DNA of 64,000 bases from Vicugna vicugna (lineage: Eukaryota). Made by a program: the position numbers and the translations under genes. Positions 51,494 to 64,000 of this stretch are shown here, one piece after another. The stretch is from assembly GCA_013265495.1 (NCBI GenBank), contig MU057744.1, positions 1,639,524-1,703,523 of the forward strand, written 5' to 3'. The notes beneath the pieces were generated by a model. It did no database searches. It had not been told where the DNA came from and saw only the letters and a list, made by a program, of their open reading frames with translations. The number at the start of each line of letters is the position of its first letter. Position 1 is the stretch's first letter.

Positions 51494-53019
51494 GTAAGTG
51501 TGGGAAGCAGGATTGTGTACTTGCTGATGTGATAAAAGACAGGCCAATAAAATGATCTCTTCCAAGCTGAGATTGCAGATTATCTGGGAGAATTGCTTAG
51601 AAACGAGCCTGTATGTCTCTGTGATGAGTTATAAATAGCTCCCTTAGTAGAGGAGTAATGTGACATGTGTGGAAGTGTGGCTTACCAGGATTACTTAGAC
51701 AGGCTTCCCTTGTGCCTGTCTTGATATGTATGTTTGTGACATTGATGGAGCCTGTTCTTGGACTGCTTTATTAACAGCATGTAAATGCAGTCTAATCAGG
51801 GATTTGAAATTCCATGAACTTCATTTTGCACCCAGTGAGAAGGCTATATTAATGAGGCTGTGATTAGCTATTTTGATATTTATGAAAGCAACTTATAGGA
51901 GAAACACTTGCCATGCTAGAAAAGGAGAAATGAACAAAATAAAAAATAGTTTAGTTCTGTCACTGACATTGCATTGTTTCAAAGGGAAGTGGCTAGAAAT
52001 GGGAGATTGAAAAAAGAAGTTTATGTTTAAGCACTGAAAGTATTTTTTATTTTTGTGGTGAGGCCAGTATCTATTTAATTTAACTTAGTAAATTGTAGTT
52101 TTGCTAAATAATCATATGCAGAAGTTCATGGAAGATTGAAATCAATAGAAGTGTGAAGGATGCCTGTGCAAAATATTCTCTCTGTTTTAAGGTTGAGAAA
52201 GTAATTAAACAAATATAAAATGAGGTATTATAAACTTTACATGGATATCCACATTAAAAAAATCCCAGACATCATAGTGCATGATGATTGAAACAAAAAT
52301 CAGAAATAGAGCATTGTCGCAGTTAAGTTCATCCTAGTTTATAGAAAGTGTATTCCCACTGCCATAAGTCAAAATATTATTTGTGTGTAATTGATTTAGA
52401 ATTAAGTAAGTAGTTGGTACCCCTTTGCTCTGAACGTGGAAATAGGGTGGATCTAGGGATGTTTCAAGTCAATTTTTGCTTATCAACACATATAGTTCCA
52501 ATTTTGAAACATTTCTAGGAAGAAGGGAGTTGTTTCACTTGCTTTGAGGTAAGAGGTAATGATGAAGGCTGGGAAATGGCGAAACAGTGCCCTGGTGTAA
52601 CTGACAGGCACTGTTAAATCACACGGAGCATCTGATGCTGCAGAGCTGGAGGGAGGCGAGGAGCCTCTTTCCCCTTCTGTCTCAACTCGTGTAGGTGGAA
52701 ACAGGCACCATGCACATTTCTAGGACAATGACAGTGAGTCAGCTGGTCAGATAAGCATTATTAAGCCCTTGCTGTATGCTGTGCTGTGTATGTGAAGATG
52801 ATGTATTTTGATTAGGAGATACACATTTTGAGTTGTAGTTTTGCTTGGAAACCAATAGCAGCAATAAAAATAATTCATGCATGCTTCTCAGTATGTAAGT
52901 TCTAAGCATATCTTATTTTGATTTTGGCATAACTATGCTTGTTTTTGCTGTACAACGTATTCTTTCCACTATACAGCAGTTTATTTGACAGGATGGCATC
53001 ATTATGCACCAAAGGAGTA

Positions 53020-53220
53020 GAAAATTCAGAATCTCACAGAAGCCAGGGCTTGTAGCATCAATTCTACTAGTAAGTTCCTGAGAGTCACCTAATTCCTGAA
53101 TTCTGGCTTCCTCCCTTGCAAAATGGTGATAATCATTCTCAGCACCAAGGTTACTGTCATGAAGCAGCAAGATGATGGATTTGAATATGCTTTGGATTAA
53201 AGAGCACTAAACCAATCATG
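53020..53220 (+). mobile_element. Degenerate MIR
   Basis: cttcctcccttgcaaaatggtgataatcatt...gaatatgctttg. Confidence 0.55.
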
Positions 53221-53829
53221 GGAGTAATTGTGATGCATGGGGATCACCTTCTGTTACCTTCAGAAATAAACAGGCCGCCTGATTAATTGCATTCTCATAT
53301 AATCTTCAAGCTAACAACTTAGTCAGTTCATTGAAGCTCCTTTTCCGATAACCCTCTGTATAGAGCTACAGACGGTTGGCCAACCAGACTGTTAAAATAT
53401 CACTTCCATTTGGTAATGAAATCAGTGATTTTAGGGTTCATCTGTATGGACCTAGCATATAGTAGAAACCACAGGAAAGACAAAGGACACATTATCCATG
53501 ATTTCTGTCCTCAAGAAATTAGTGGAAAAAACAAACCAGACACATGTGAGAATATCCTAAGACAGTAACCAAGTGTTAGCAGGTAGGTTAGAGATGCTGA
53601 AGGACGTTCCTGTGGGTGTAGAGAGGGTTAATTATCACCTCCCATTTCTCCTCTGGTTGATTAGCATCATGTTCACAGATTCCAGGGCCCAGCCAGTTCT
53701 TAGTGAGCAGGGTCTGGAGCAAGTGAAAAGAGCAGAAAGTGAGGCAGTAAAAGATGCTGGAATAATCCACATACTGAACCTGAATAACCAAGAGTGGATT
53801 GTGTCTGTAAGTACACATTTGTTCATTAG

Positions 53830-54015
53830 TATAGAGTCTGCTAAGTGTGAGTCTGGGCCAGTCACGTGGCTTCTGAGACTCGCAGCTTCTCCGCCGTGGT
53901 GTGAGGGTAATAGCCATTCACAGGGATGTTAAGAGGACTGAAGACTTAGTCCACACAAGTCTCTTGGCTCTACGAATGGCACATGTAAAATTTACTTAGT
54001 AGGTTGCTACTGATA
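53830..54015 (+). mobile_element. Degenerate MIR
   Basis: gtgtgagtctgggccagtcac...gggtaatagcc...tcacagggatgttaagaggactga. Confidence 0.55.
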
Positions 54016-55789
54016 TTTACCCGGGAGATTTGTGCCTAGTAAGAATAGTCCAAGGAACTGCTATTATTTAAATAGAAGAAGAGAAAGTTAGGAAGGAGTA
54101 GTAAAGAGACTGTTATCGCTGATTTTAAATAAAGGCCTATCACGTGAAAGCAAGATTCATATTCTGAGAAGATACTGATATGGTTCAAAAGAAGTAAGAA
54201 ATTTGGCTGAAAACAATTCAGTTAAAATTAACTACTAAAAATAAACCTTTCCAGCCATTGATTTTATATCTTTTCAGTCATTAGTGTCTGTTGGTCTTTA
54301 GTCTAATTTTCCTTCACTAACAATGATAGTTAAGTTAAGGTTAGACTATCTAATTGTGCCTTTGCTGCTCCAATAAAGCTTACAACTGTTTGGATGCTAA
54401 ACTGATTAAAGCTGGTCTAAAGGACCGATGTTTTTACCCCTCTCCTCTGCGGGGGTGTCTCGTGGATGGAGGAGGGCGCTGTGTTTGTCACCGGAAGCCT
54501 GGGCTCCACCAAGGGTGGTCCGCCCTCCTCTGCTTTACGTGTTGAACCTCGGTACACAATTTCCCAGGAATGAAGGGTCTTATCTCCAGAAAAGGTTGTA
54601 AAACACTCATCCAGATAATGTCTTTTCTCATCTTGCTGTTTCATATTCTAATATGATGTGATATCTTAATCCTCTTTTCAGGAATATCCAAGAGAAAAAA
54701 AAAGTATTTTGCCCCATTGGAATGACCTAATTTTTTTTTTCTTTCAAAGAAGGCTTTAGCAAAGTAGCTTAAATGTAAGAGAAATGCACAATTTAAAATA
54801 GAGGGAATATGGCTAAGTAGGTATTACTGTGAATCTATTTCAAACTAAACAAAATAAGGTAAAGCATGCAAAACAATTTTTATTTGTGTTAGAAAGATAT
54901 AAAATCACCCAAGTATGCACAGGAATTTTCAATCTGTGGATTGGATTGCTCCCATTTGAAACATTGATTTTTGAATAATTTTCTCCTGATTAGGTCACCT
55001 ATGGAAACAGATTTTTTAAAATCCATGGAAATACTACCAAACAACTGTCTAAAAGTAAATTAGGGAGAGCAGAACCTCACAACCTAAAAAGTGATGGAAA
55101 GTGCTTAAAAGAAAGCTATTCTTGGTCTCATAAAAATTTGCCCTCGTACCCACCTCTGATTTTCTGATAAGAAATGCTAGGTATTTTGACTGCATAGTAA
55201 GTTGCTGAATTGCTGAAGTTGCATAAAAATATTGATAGCTAAAGACAGCTGTCATAAATATCATCAAGCTGTTTATCGTTATTAACCAATTTATTTTTGA
55301 TTTATTTACCTTGAGCCTTTTAATTTTTTTTCTCTGTGGCTCAGGTGATGGAACTGTAGACTATTACATTTGGAAAAAGCATCTATTCTATGTCCCTCGT
55401 TTTTTCTTAGAATAAAAAAATGAAGCCTGAGGGTGATGTGTCCTGTTTACTTATGTTCCCTGTCACTGGATGGTCATTTTTCCAGAGTGTTGCATCACCA
55501 GGGCCCAAGTACACATCATTTAAAAAGAGAGAAATAAATGAGTGAATAAATGCATCAGATAAGGACTGAATTCAGATATTCTTAAATGTTTTTCTACCTT
55601 GGGCCTTTTTGGCAGTCTGATAAAGCTTATTGATGGCTTGTCATCATAATCTTTTAAAGTTCGTAAAATACATACATTGTATTACAAAGGACATTAAGAA
55701 TATCAAAGTGGAGTCCAGGCTGAGAACTACTGGGAGGTGATTTATAATACCTTCTTCCTTCCTGAGATTTTGTGTTTCTATCATATAAA

Positions 55790-55915
55790 ATCTTGTTACC
55801 CAAAACAAGGTTCTTGGACCAATGGCCTTGGTTGGACCCCCTTGCACCTCCTGAATTCGATTTTGCCTTTTTTTGACATGATCCTCAGATGATTCCTGTG
55901 TCCCTGAGAACTTGT
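55790..55915 (+). mobile_element. MER5-family DNA transposon fragment
   Basis: ttgttacccaaa...ggttcttggacca...ttttgacatgatcctcagatgattcctgtg. Confidence 0.45.
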
Positions 55916-56230
55916 GTGTCTCTAATGAGAATCAAGGTGGTGGATGGAGCAGTTCAGCACCCAGAGCCCCTGCGCCGCTCCTGAAGGGTCCTTGCCGCCC
56001 TGTTAGTGTGTAAATTCTAGAGCTGCGTATTTCAGCCTAAGGCCAGCTTTGCTTTCAGCCTCTGACAACATCTGTTTCTGCTTTCAGGACAGCTCATCTT
56101 AGTCTCAGTAATGGAAACCGTTACTGCAATCCGAAGTATCCAAAATAGTTATGCCCAGAGAATGTTTTCTTGAGAAGAGTGAACATGGTATAGATAACTT
56201 CAAATGGTGTAATACTATCTCAAGGACTGG

Positions 56231-56250
56231 TTTTTTTTTTTTTTTTTTTT
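56231..56250. repeat. T20 homopolymer
   Basis: Read directly from the sequence. Confidence 0.95.
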
Positions 56251-58466
56251 ACTTTCTCCAACAGACTGAAATTTTCCTACTTTTACAGTTCCATGTTTAT
56301 TTGTCTTTAAGCTTAGATATGATTTGAAAGTTGCATTTTAATCCACCTTCTCCTCCTGTTATGTTCTCACTGCAGTAGCTCCTTATTGCCTGAAGTCCTT
56401 GGTCTGACACCTGTCTTGTCTCAGGGCCTATCTCTCACTCTCTTTCTAAGTTTATGCTATAAGCCTCAAAGAGGAAACTCTCTGCTGTACTTGATGTTCC
56501 CATATCTCTGCCCCTTTGGGTACCATTCCCTCTTAGAGGGCCAGGGAGGCCCAGGCCACTTCCAGTTATGAGGTTTCTGGGATATTAAAAATGAAAATCT
56601 CCAAACTAGTTTCTAAAAGTTTTGATATGTCTTAAATACTTACACTTAGCCCCTTAACATCATTAATATTGTTAACCTCAGATCCATGTACATACAGACT
56701 TACTTGGAGACAGCATCTCTGAGTATGTAACTGTGAGGCCCAGGCCAAACGGTCCTACTGGCTCCTCGAATGCCTCACCCCATGGGAATCCCACATCTGC
56801 TGGGGAACTACCACCTGTCCTCACGGCCCAGAACAGTGAACGCTGTTCCATTTAGGCTGGCTGAAGTGATCTCTCCTCCCAGTTCTTACAGCAGTTTGAT
56901 TACAGTTCAGCTGGCATTTCCAAAATACTGACTCCCTGCATTTTGTGGATGTATTTTACCTTTCTCGGTAACAAGCCCCCTCGGGATGGGGATTGTGCTC
57001 TGTTAATATTCAGCACGTGCTTTACACATAGTATATTCAGGGAACCAGGATGAATTAACAAATCTCTGTGTATCATAACATGGCATGAGCTTTCACTTGA
57101 ATTCAGTAGCAAAAATACAAGCGCTGGTATTTTGAATCATCTTCTGATGGTTTGGTGAAATCCATATGGTTTTACAGGTTTGTGTGTGTGTGTGTGCGCT
57201 TGTGCTAGGTCATTGAAATAGGAATATTTATGGAACAACTTAAAATATATTTTTAAAGCTTATGCTCCTTTGATATTAAAGGTTGTGTTGACTCCTCCAC
57301 ATCCTTGTTTACTGAGTACCCTGCTTGGTGCTGGGAGTTCAGTTGTGAGCCTGTGTCAGATAACTTACAAGAGGCAGCAAGAAAAAGACACTCAGCAATC
57401 ACATTGTGTAATGAGGGCCATGAAGGAAAATGTGTTTTCTTACTTGTGGAAGCAGATGGCATATGATTTATTTGTAAATAGTTAAAGAGTTATAGCATAC
57501 TGGGAAGAAATTAATTCAATAAAGGCATCTCAGGCGGGATTTGCACAGGATTGACAGGCTGAGGTGAAGAGGTTGTGAAGAGGCGGAGAGCTGGTTGAGT
57601 GGTTGAGAGGAGGAGGGGGAAGAGCAGGTTTTTGCTAAATCTCTTGCATCCACTGGCAAACTTTCCATCTTATTGATTGGAAAAATTGTTGATAAGATAA
57701 TGGTATGTATATCAACTGTCAGAAACTTCTTGGGCTAGTTTTTAAGAGAAAGAAAATGAATCCTCCGTATTTGCTGGTGACTTGAGATTAACAGATTTAG
57801 ACAGAAGAGACCTTTGAAATTGAAAGGCCTGTGACGGGCACCAGGATGAGTCTCCATGCTGTGACTGCCCTTCACCTAACTAGGAAGTCGGATTTCTGGG
57901 AAAGTTCTGGCGCAGTTAAAGTCTTTAAGAGCTTAGGCAGCCATCGGCATTGGAAAGTGTTGCAGGAACATTATAGGGTGTTGGTGATGTTTATGAGGTG
58001 ACTCCAAGGAAACAGGTGGTTGTGCTAGGAGTGTTTGAAACTCTAGCAGCGGCCAGGTAACAGTAAAATAAGCACGGCATTTGGTGTTACTCATCATTTT
58101 GTTTTTCTTTACTTATCATTTCAGAACTCATGTATTATGGCTCTCAAAGATACAAAATATGATATTTTTTTAATACATTTGTTTTTAAGAAGGAACATCT
58201 GATATTGGCAACATCTGAATTTTGAAGGAAATTTATTGGCCTCAGTTTTGATACCTATTAGGCAATATTGCCATCTAATGGCTGTTGCATCAAATTGTAG
58301 ATAAAAGTTCCCAAAGGACCCTATAAAACTAAGACATCAGTCCAGTAAATTTTACCTATTTCGTTGTCAAAACACTGTCACACTGTGATATGTAGAAAAC
58401 TAAAGCCTCTAAAACAAAAGTCTGTTTTAACAAATTTATGATAGCACATTCATTTATGCGTTTTCT

Positions 58467-59248
58467 TTTTTACTTGAAGTATAGTTGATTTACAGTGTCA
58501 TACGGCATAGTGATTCAATTATAAATATGTATTATTTTTCATATTCTTTTTCATTATAGGTTATTATGAGATATTGAATGTAGTTCCCTGGGCTGTATAG
58601 TAGGACCTTGCTGTTTATCTATCTTATATATAGTAGTGTGTATCTACAAATCCTGAACTCCTGATTTATCCCTCCCCACCTTTCCCCTTTGGGAACCATA
58701 AGTTCGTTCTCTATGTCTGTGAGTCTATTTCTGTTTTGTACATGAGTTCATTTGTATCACTTTTTCTGGATTCCACATAAAAGTGATACAGTATTTTGCT
58801 TTCTTTGTCTGGCTTACTTCACTTAGTATGACAGTTTCCAGGTTCATCCGTGTTACTGCAAATGACATCATTTTATTCTTTTTTTATTGCTGAGTAGGAT
58901 TCCATTGTATAAATATACCACAACTTCCTTATCCAGTCATCTGCCAGTGGACATTTAGGTTGTTTCCATGTCTTGGCTATTGTAAATAGTGCTGCTATGA
59001 ACATTGGGGTGCAGGTGTCATTTTGAAGTAGGGTTCCTTCTGGATATATGCCCAAGAGTGGGATTGCTGGATCATACAGTAAATCTATTTTTAGTCTTTT
59101 GAGGAATCTCCATTCTGCTTTCCACAGTGGCTGCACCAAACTGCATTCACACCAACAGCGTAAGGGGGTTCCCTTTTCTCCATACTCTCTTCAGCATTTC
59201 TCCTTTGTGGACTTTTTAATCATGGTCATTCTGACTGGTGTGAGGTGA
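58467..59248 (-). mobile_element. 5'-truncated lineage-specific L1 (ORF2 C-terminus plus 3'UTR) with TSD
   Basis: ORF 58873..59139(-) [32 protein letters not shown]...MFIAALFTIAKTWKQPKCP. TSD attcatttatgcgttttct (58448-58466) and attcatttgtgtgttttct (59248-59266). Confidence 0.95.
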
Positions 59249-59476
59249 TTCATTTGTGTGTTTTCTATTAGTGGCTTAAGTAGTAACTCTTAGAATGAAG
59301 CTGAAAAATACGTAACGTCAAATATAAACTCTTATTTTTTTGACCAGTCTCTTAATTTTTGAGGGACGGGATTGAGATAGATGTTGTCTATGGATGTTTC
59401 CAAATCTGCGATGTTCACTTACGTATGAAGAGTCGCCCTGAGCCTGAAGTGATGCCTCATTTTGCCTCTAACACAG

Positions 59477-59576
59477 CACTTGTCCTACGGCAATGGCAGC
59501 TTGCACGTGGACGCCGCCTTCCAGCAGACCCTCTGGAGCGTGGCCCCCATCAGCTCAGGAAGCGAAGCAGCCCAAG
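59477..59576 (+). CDS. RYR2: RYR2 exon 9 (100 nt, phase 0-1): HLSYGNGSLHVDAAFQQTLWSVAPISSGSEAAQ(G)
   Basis: Manual translation. Splice sites are tttgcctctaacacag|CAC and CAAG|gtaaag. The frame continues from exon 8. Confidence 0.98.
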
Positions 59577-60029
59577 GTAAAGACACCACGGCAGTGAGGA
59601 GGCTGCTCCCTTGATGCAGAGTTGACAGTCATCCTTGGAATCATGATAATGAGCAAATGCATTAGAGGTCTTTGTGTCAAAGTAGCCTGTAACGCAGATG
59701 CGTGACGTTCAAGACTCTCATGTAAATTATTACTTAAAAGTGAAGTTTGTGTTAAGATCTATCCTTCCTTATTTTTACACTTTAGTTTATTTGTGTGTGT
59801 TTTACATGCGAGGTTTCTAGGGGTTATTTTCTCCAGTGTTCTGGCCTCAGGGTATTGCTCAGTTAGGCTAATGTCAAGATGTCTCATCCTCTGGGGCGTG
59901 GGACGTACACCTGGAGCACAGTAGTCCCTGCGCTTCAGGGTTTCCTGGGAAATGTCTCTGTTCTGACTGTTCTCACTTAGTCCAGACTTGAGCCTATCCA
60001 CGCTTGTCTGTTCAGTGGAGGGTCTTTTA

Positions 60030-60205
60030 AGGCTACAGTCATGGATTCTAGACTTGGGAGCCCGGGGCTCAGAGACAGCAGGCAGGTGGCAGCACCTGTG
60101 TCTGCGATTTTGCCCAGTTACCTAAGCCTCACTAGGCTTCTGGATCTTTGTCTATGAAAATAGAAGGTTGGGCCAGGTGACCTGTCCAGCTGTCAGCGTC
60201 TGACC
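60030..60205 (+). mobile_element. Degenerate MIR3-like fragment in intron 9
   Basis: tgtgtctgcgattttgcccagttacctaagcctc...tctatgaaaatagaaggttgggccaggtgacc. Confidence 0.5.
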
Positions 60206-60242
60206 ACGACTGTTCAGATGTGACTGGTTTCGATCCTTCCAG

Positions 60243-60339
60243 GGTATCTCATCGGCGGTGACGTCCTCAGGTTGCTTCATGGACACATGGACGAGTGCCT
60301 CACGGTCCCCTCAGGAGAACACGGTGAAGAGCAGCGGAG
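60243..60339 (+). CDS. RYR2: RYR2 exon 10 (97 nt, phase 1-2): (G)[31 protein letters not shown](R)
   Basis: Manual translation. Splice sites are ttcgatccttccag|GG and GAG|gttggt. The frame continues from exon 9. Confidence 0.98.
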
Positions 60340-61299
60340 GTTGGTACCTGAGCCCAGAGCCTGGAGCCTTGCACCTTCTTGCCTTGACACAGTTTCTTAA
60401 GTTCAGGATGTGTCTCGTCAGGCCATTTGCATAATAGAAAGTGGGCCAATAACATTATCTGTCCACTGAAGTGATCCATTTGCTGGCCTCCTCTGAAGTT
60501 TTCACTCATGTTATGTTTTGATTCCCTGTCAATAGAGTTGCTGAAAATTTTTGTCCAATTAAAACATGGTAAGAAGCATTGAATGGAGTAAGCTGAGTGG
60601 GAGGAGTGAAACATTCAGATACTTAAAACTTCATTAAATGTTCATTAGTTTCAATTAATCTTCTTTCTGGAATGTCCAGTCTCATATTCAGTTTCAAAGT
60701 CAGAGTTCTCAAATGGCCCAAAGGTTCAGGTCCTTTTCTGTTACCTTCTATTTACTGACATAGACAATAAAACTGACCACTTTCCCGTAGCTTATGTGAT
60801 TTTAATTCCTCTCTCATGTTAATATTGTTTGGCATGGGACCAAGACTGCAGGGGTATGGATCACGGGGGAAGGTGCGCAAATAACACAAAACCACAAAGA
60901 TACTGAGGTGATTCTGTTGTCCCACTCTGCCTCACTGGTTAGTGGAAGAGCACAGTGGGTGGGACACATAAACCAAGTCCCTGTGAGAGATGGCATTGCC
61001 CGATGAATTACTCCATGTGATGAGTTCTCCTAACGTTGGCATGTCACTTAGGTAATTATTGTTAGTAAATATTTACTTTTGTAATTTAAAGAAAGATATA
61101 GGGAATGTGTCGAAAGTTACTAAACATTTAACTAGCTGTTCCCTTGGGAGAAGTCTCTCTGGGACCTAGGTACTAGCCTTTCCTCTCTCACCAGGCAGAC
61201 CTAGCTTATGGTGAAGTGTAACATGCAGAGCCTGGAAAAACCCCTTACAGGAAATATTCTGCTTTCAGTAGGTGAGGAAGAAGATGCTGATGGTGTTGG

Positions 61300-62330
61300 T
61301 AGGGTTTGCATAAAAGATGAGAGGGAAATCAGAAGGCCTTTGGTTTGAGGAGGTAATTCCAAACAGCAGGGTAGACAGAAGACTCAGAGGGACTGCAGTG
61401 TGCTCCGGGAATGGCATTATTGCAGAGGGACGAGGGGCAGGATGGAGGAGGGGTGGGGACTGGACAGGGGGACGTGATTTGGTTGGCTTTTGAAGCAGCT
61501 GTTGTGCCTTTCCCGTGGGCTGCCTTCTACTCTGAGATGGTTAGGAAGGAGTGTGGGGATGGGGGTGAAATGGCCAAATCTCTTTGAAAAGACAAGTTCT
61601 AATGAACTAGTGGAGCTTAGACCAAAGGTGGAGAGATTTTGGATCAGGGAAACCAGCTGGGAGAAGGCCGATGTGGTCATCCATGTGAGACAAAATGAGA
61701 AGCTGAGCCTGGGGAGTGGCCATTGGAATAGGACTGCCTGGCCCAGAGACATTTCAGGCAGGTGCAGTGGCTTAGGGATGACTACGTGTGGCCTGGGAGA
61801 CAATGTGTCTCATTTAAGGGGAAGAGTGATGGTGTTCAAGATTGTAGATGTACAAATTTGGTACCAAGGACTGATTTAAATTTTGGACATTGGTGAGTAC
61901 AGAAGATCTCTGGGACATCAAACAGAAATGGGAATGTTTGAGTCTTTAACTTAGACACAGTGTGGATTGGATATAAATCACAAGTGCCCGAGGGAGGGTT
62001 GAAGTAATGGCAGCCCTGCATAGAGAGGGAGGAGCTGTGGTTAGGGTCATGTGTGTCTCAGCTTGGGTGTTGCTTTATAATAGCTGCAGAGCCTTGGAAT
62101 AGACAAACCAGGGAGGAGGCTGAGGAGAGAACCTTGGGAAAGCTGGTATTTAGGACATGGGCAGGCAAGGAAGAGTCACAGGAGAGCCAGGGTGATACTT
62201 AAATGGAGAACCGGGGACGTCAGCTGTGGGACCCAAAGGAGGATCAGGTTGTCGATGTGTTAAATGTATAAGGTGTTCAGAGAGACTTAGGATCAAAAGA
62301 GGCCTTGTCATCGGCCTCTGGGTCTTCATT
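61300..62330 (-). mobile_element. Long degenerate L2 body fragment
   Basis: Purine-rich antisense L2 motifs (cagggaaaccagctgggagaagg, gtcatccatgtgagacaaaatg, ttttggacattggtgag, gaggagagaaccttggg). Confidence 0.65.
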
Positions 62331-62419
62331 CTCTGATTTGTTAAATGAAACACTTCAACCAACTGATTCTTTGAACCTTTCTACTCTTTCTACAGAAACT
62401 CTAGGGGTTTCAAATGAAG

Positions 62420-62650
62420 GGACTGGGCTCTGGAACTAGACAGACTTGGGTTGGGTCATCACCTCTGCCTCTTACGGGTTGTGTGACTTGTGCAGGGGAC
62501 TTAATTTCTTTAAACATTATTTTTCTCCTCTGTAAAATGCAGCTTAGATATTAGCTGCTGCTTCATGTGATTGTTGTGAAGATTCAATACAAAAATGCAC
62601 GTAAAATACTGGATGCAATTAAGAGATCAACAAATTTATTATTGTTGTTT
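62420..62650 (+). mobile_element. MIR SINE, near full length
   Basis: gggctctggaactagacagacttgggtt...tgtgtgacttgtgcaggggacttaa...ctgtaaaatg...gttgtgaagattcaat. Confidence 0.88.
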
Positions 62651-64000
62651 TATCATTGCTGTTTAGATAGAAGAGCAGCACTTAGTCAGATATGGATATG
62701 TGGGTGGAAGTGTGGTGGAGTGTAGACTTGGGAGGCAGAGAGGCTGAACTATGTCAAAGAAATTCTCTGCTCTGTTGAACTAAGTGAGGTGGGGAGGGGC
62801 TTCTTATGCTTGCTAAGTAAGCTCTAGGTGCCAGGAACGTATGAGCATGGTTTTTGAATAGTTGGATGTTTTCATTTTCAAGTGAGAATATTCGGCATCA
62901 GATAGATCCCACATCTCCTCGACTGAACTCACTGGCACTGACTGCAGGTTTCCACCTCTCCTGGGCACTCTGTATGTTAAGTAGGTGTTTTATTAAACGT
63001 GGCACTTGAGAGCAGGTTTCCTGCTAATTCTTTAGGTAGCTGGTTATTACAGAGAAAACTAGGGGAAATTTCAAATACATTTTAATATTCTGGGTCTACT
63101 CTCCCATTGCATGCGTATTGAAGACTGCTCCATCCCCAATATAATTCTTGGTTTAATGTTGACAATTTCTGTGTCAAATTAGTCTCAAAATATATTCAGG
63201 TCAGCATACCGCTGCTCTTTCAGGTAGTCATGTCAGTAAGAACATACTGGTTCGTGCCCCTTGTATGGCGTGTTTGACAGGTGGAATTAGATTTAAATGG
63301 TTGTCAGGTCATGACTTGAGGGAGAACATGAGTTGGAAACAGGCAGCAGGAGCCTGAGGAACGCTACTGAAGAAAGAACAGTTGTCTGCATCTCTGTTAC
63401 ATTGTGAGATAGAGCAATCATTTGCATATAATGATAGAAATAGTTCCTTAAATTTTATATGTATAGAACACTTTATTCTTTCAAGACTTGTTAATATCAC
63501 TGTGTAGAAATGTCTTCATCTCCATCTGTTCTCACCCTAAGACATTTCAGAGCCGTACGGAGCAAGGGGAAGGCAAAGGAAGAACAGGACAGCCAGGAGG
63601 CAGCCTTTCTTTCATTGATATGAGTCTGTCCTGGAGAGAGACACATTATGATAACCTAAAAATACATTCATTTTTGAAAAAGGAGTAAAAATAATTTGAG
63701 TTTTGGACAGCGATTTGAAAGCTGCAGAAGTTCCAGGGAAATACATTAACATTTCTTCTGTCTCATAGCTCTTTGCTGTAATTATGATGTGACTGTCCTC
63801 AGTTACATTGTTACTGTAGTCCAATAACTAAAGTCAGATCAGATTGCTTGTAAGAAGTAGTGGAATTGATTAAGGACATGGCCAGAAGTGACAGTTACTC
63901 CTGAGTAATTTAGGAGCGTTTTGGTCATAAATGTTCCTAAATGGATTTGTCGTCTGCTCATGCCTCGTTCCACTGACAGTTTTTGAATATGCGTAATTAT

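Noticed and set aside
51629..51638. MEF2-like site TTATAAATAG downstream of exon 8
   Set aside because: The degenerate AT-rich motif is frequent by chance here, and no conservation data are available.
61417..61879. Overlapping 128 and 129 aa ORFs on opposite strands
   Set aside because: They lie within a decayed L2 and show no protein similarity I recognise.
60340..64000. Search for RYR2 exon 11 (TVHYEGGAVS...)
   Set aside because: No matching coding sequence seen. It presumably lies beyond the window.
1..64000. A novel multi-gene system, nested gene, tRNA/rRNA or processed pseudogene
   Set aside because: None recognised. All convincing coding signal is RYR2 exons or L1 ORF remnants.

Overview
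AT-rich mammalian genomic DNA lying entirely inside one large plus-strand gene, the cardiac ryanodine receptor RYR2. Eight coding exons can be placed to the base (exons 3-10 by human numbering, which I recall from memory): 7990-8094, 32412-32432, 39693-39707, 45139-45213, 48753-48831, 51381-51493, 59477-59576 and 60243-60339. They splice in frame into 605 nt encoding about residues 57-258 of the N-terminal beta-trefoil region ([11 protein letters not shown]...GEHGEEQRR). The rest is intron, containing L1 fragments of several ages, L2, MIR, MaLR/ERV solo LTRs, MER-type DNA transposons and microsatellites. The L1 3' ends look cetartiodactyl and I saw no Alu, B1, Bov-tA, PRE-1 or Can-SINE, so the source is possibly a camelid (inference). 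Nearly all ORF-track entries are chance or repeat-derived frames. I found no new multi-gene system. The most interesting signals concern splicing and retroelements: a GC-AG intron after exon 3, two symmetric micro-exons (21 and 15 nt) with RBFOX/QKI motifs, an exon 7/8 junction that re-creates a strong 5' splice site, an antisense solo LTR with a periodic CCAAT array, octamer and TATA box, and an L1 insertion with a probable short 3' transduction. Repeat family names and edges come from remembered consensus sequences and are approximate.
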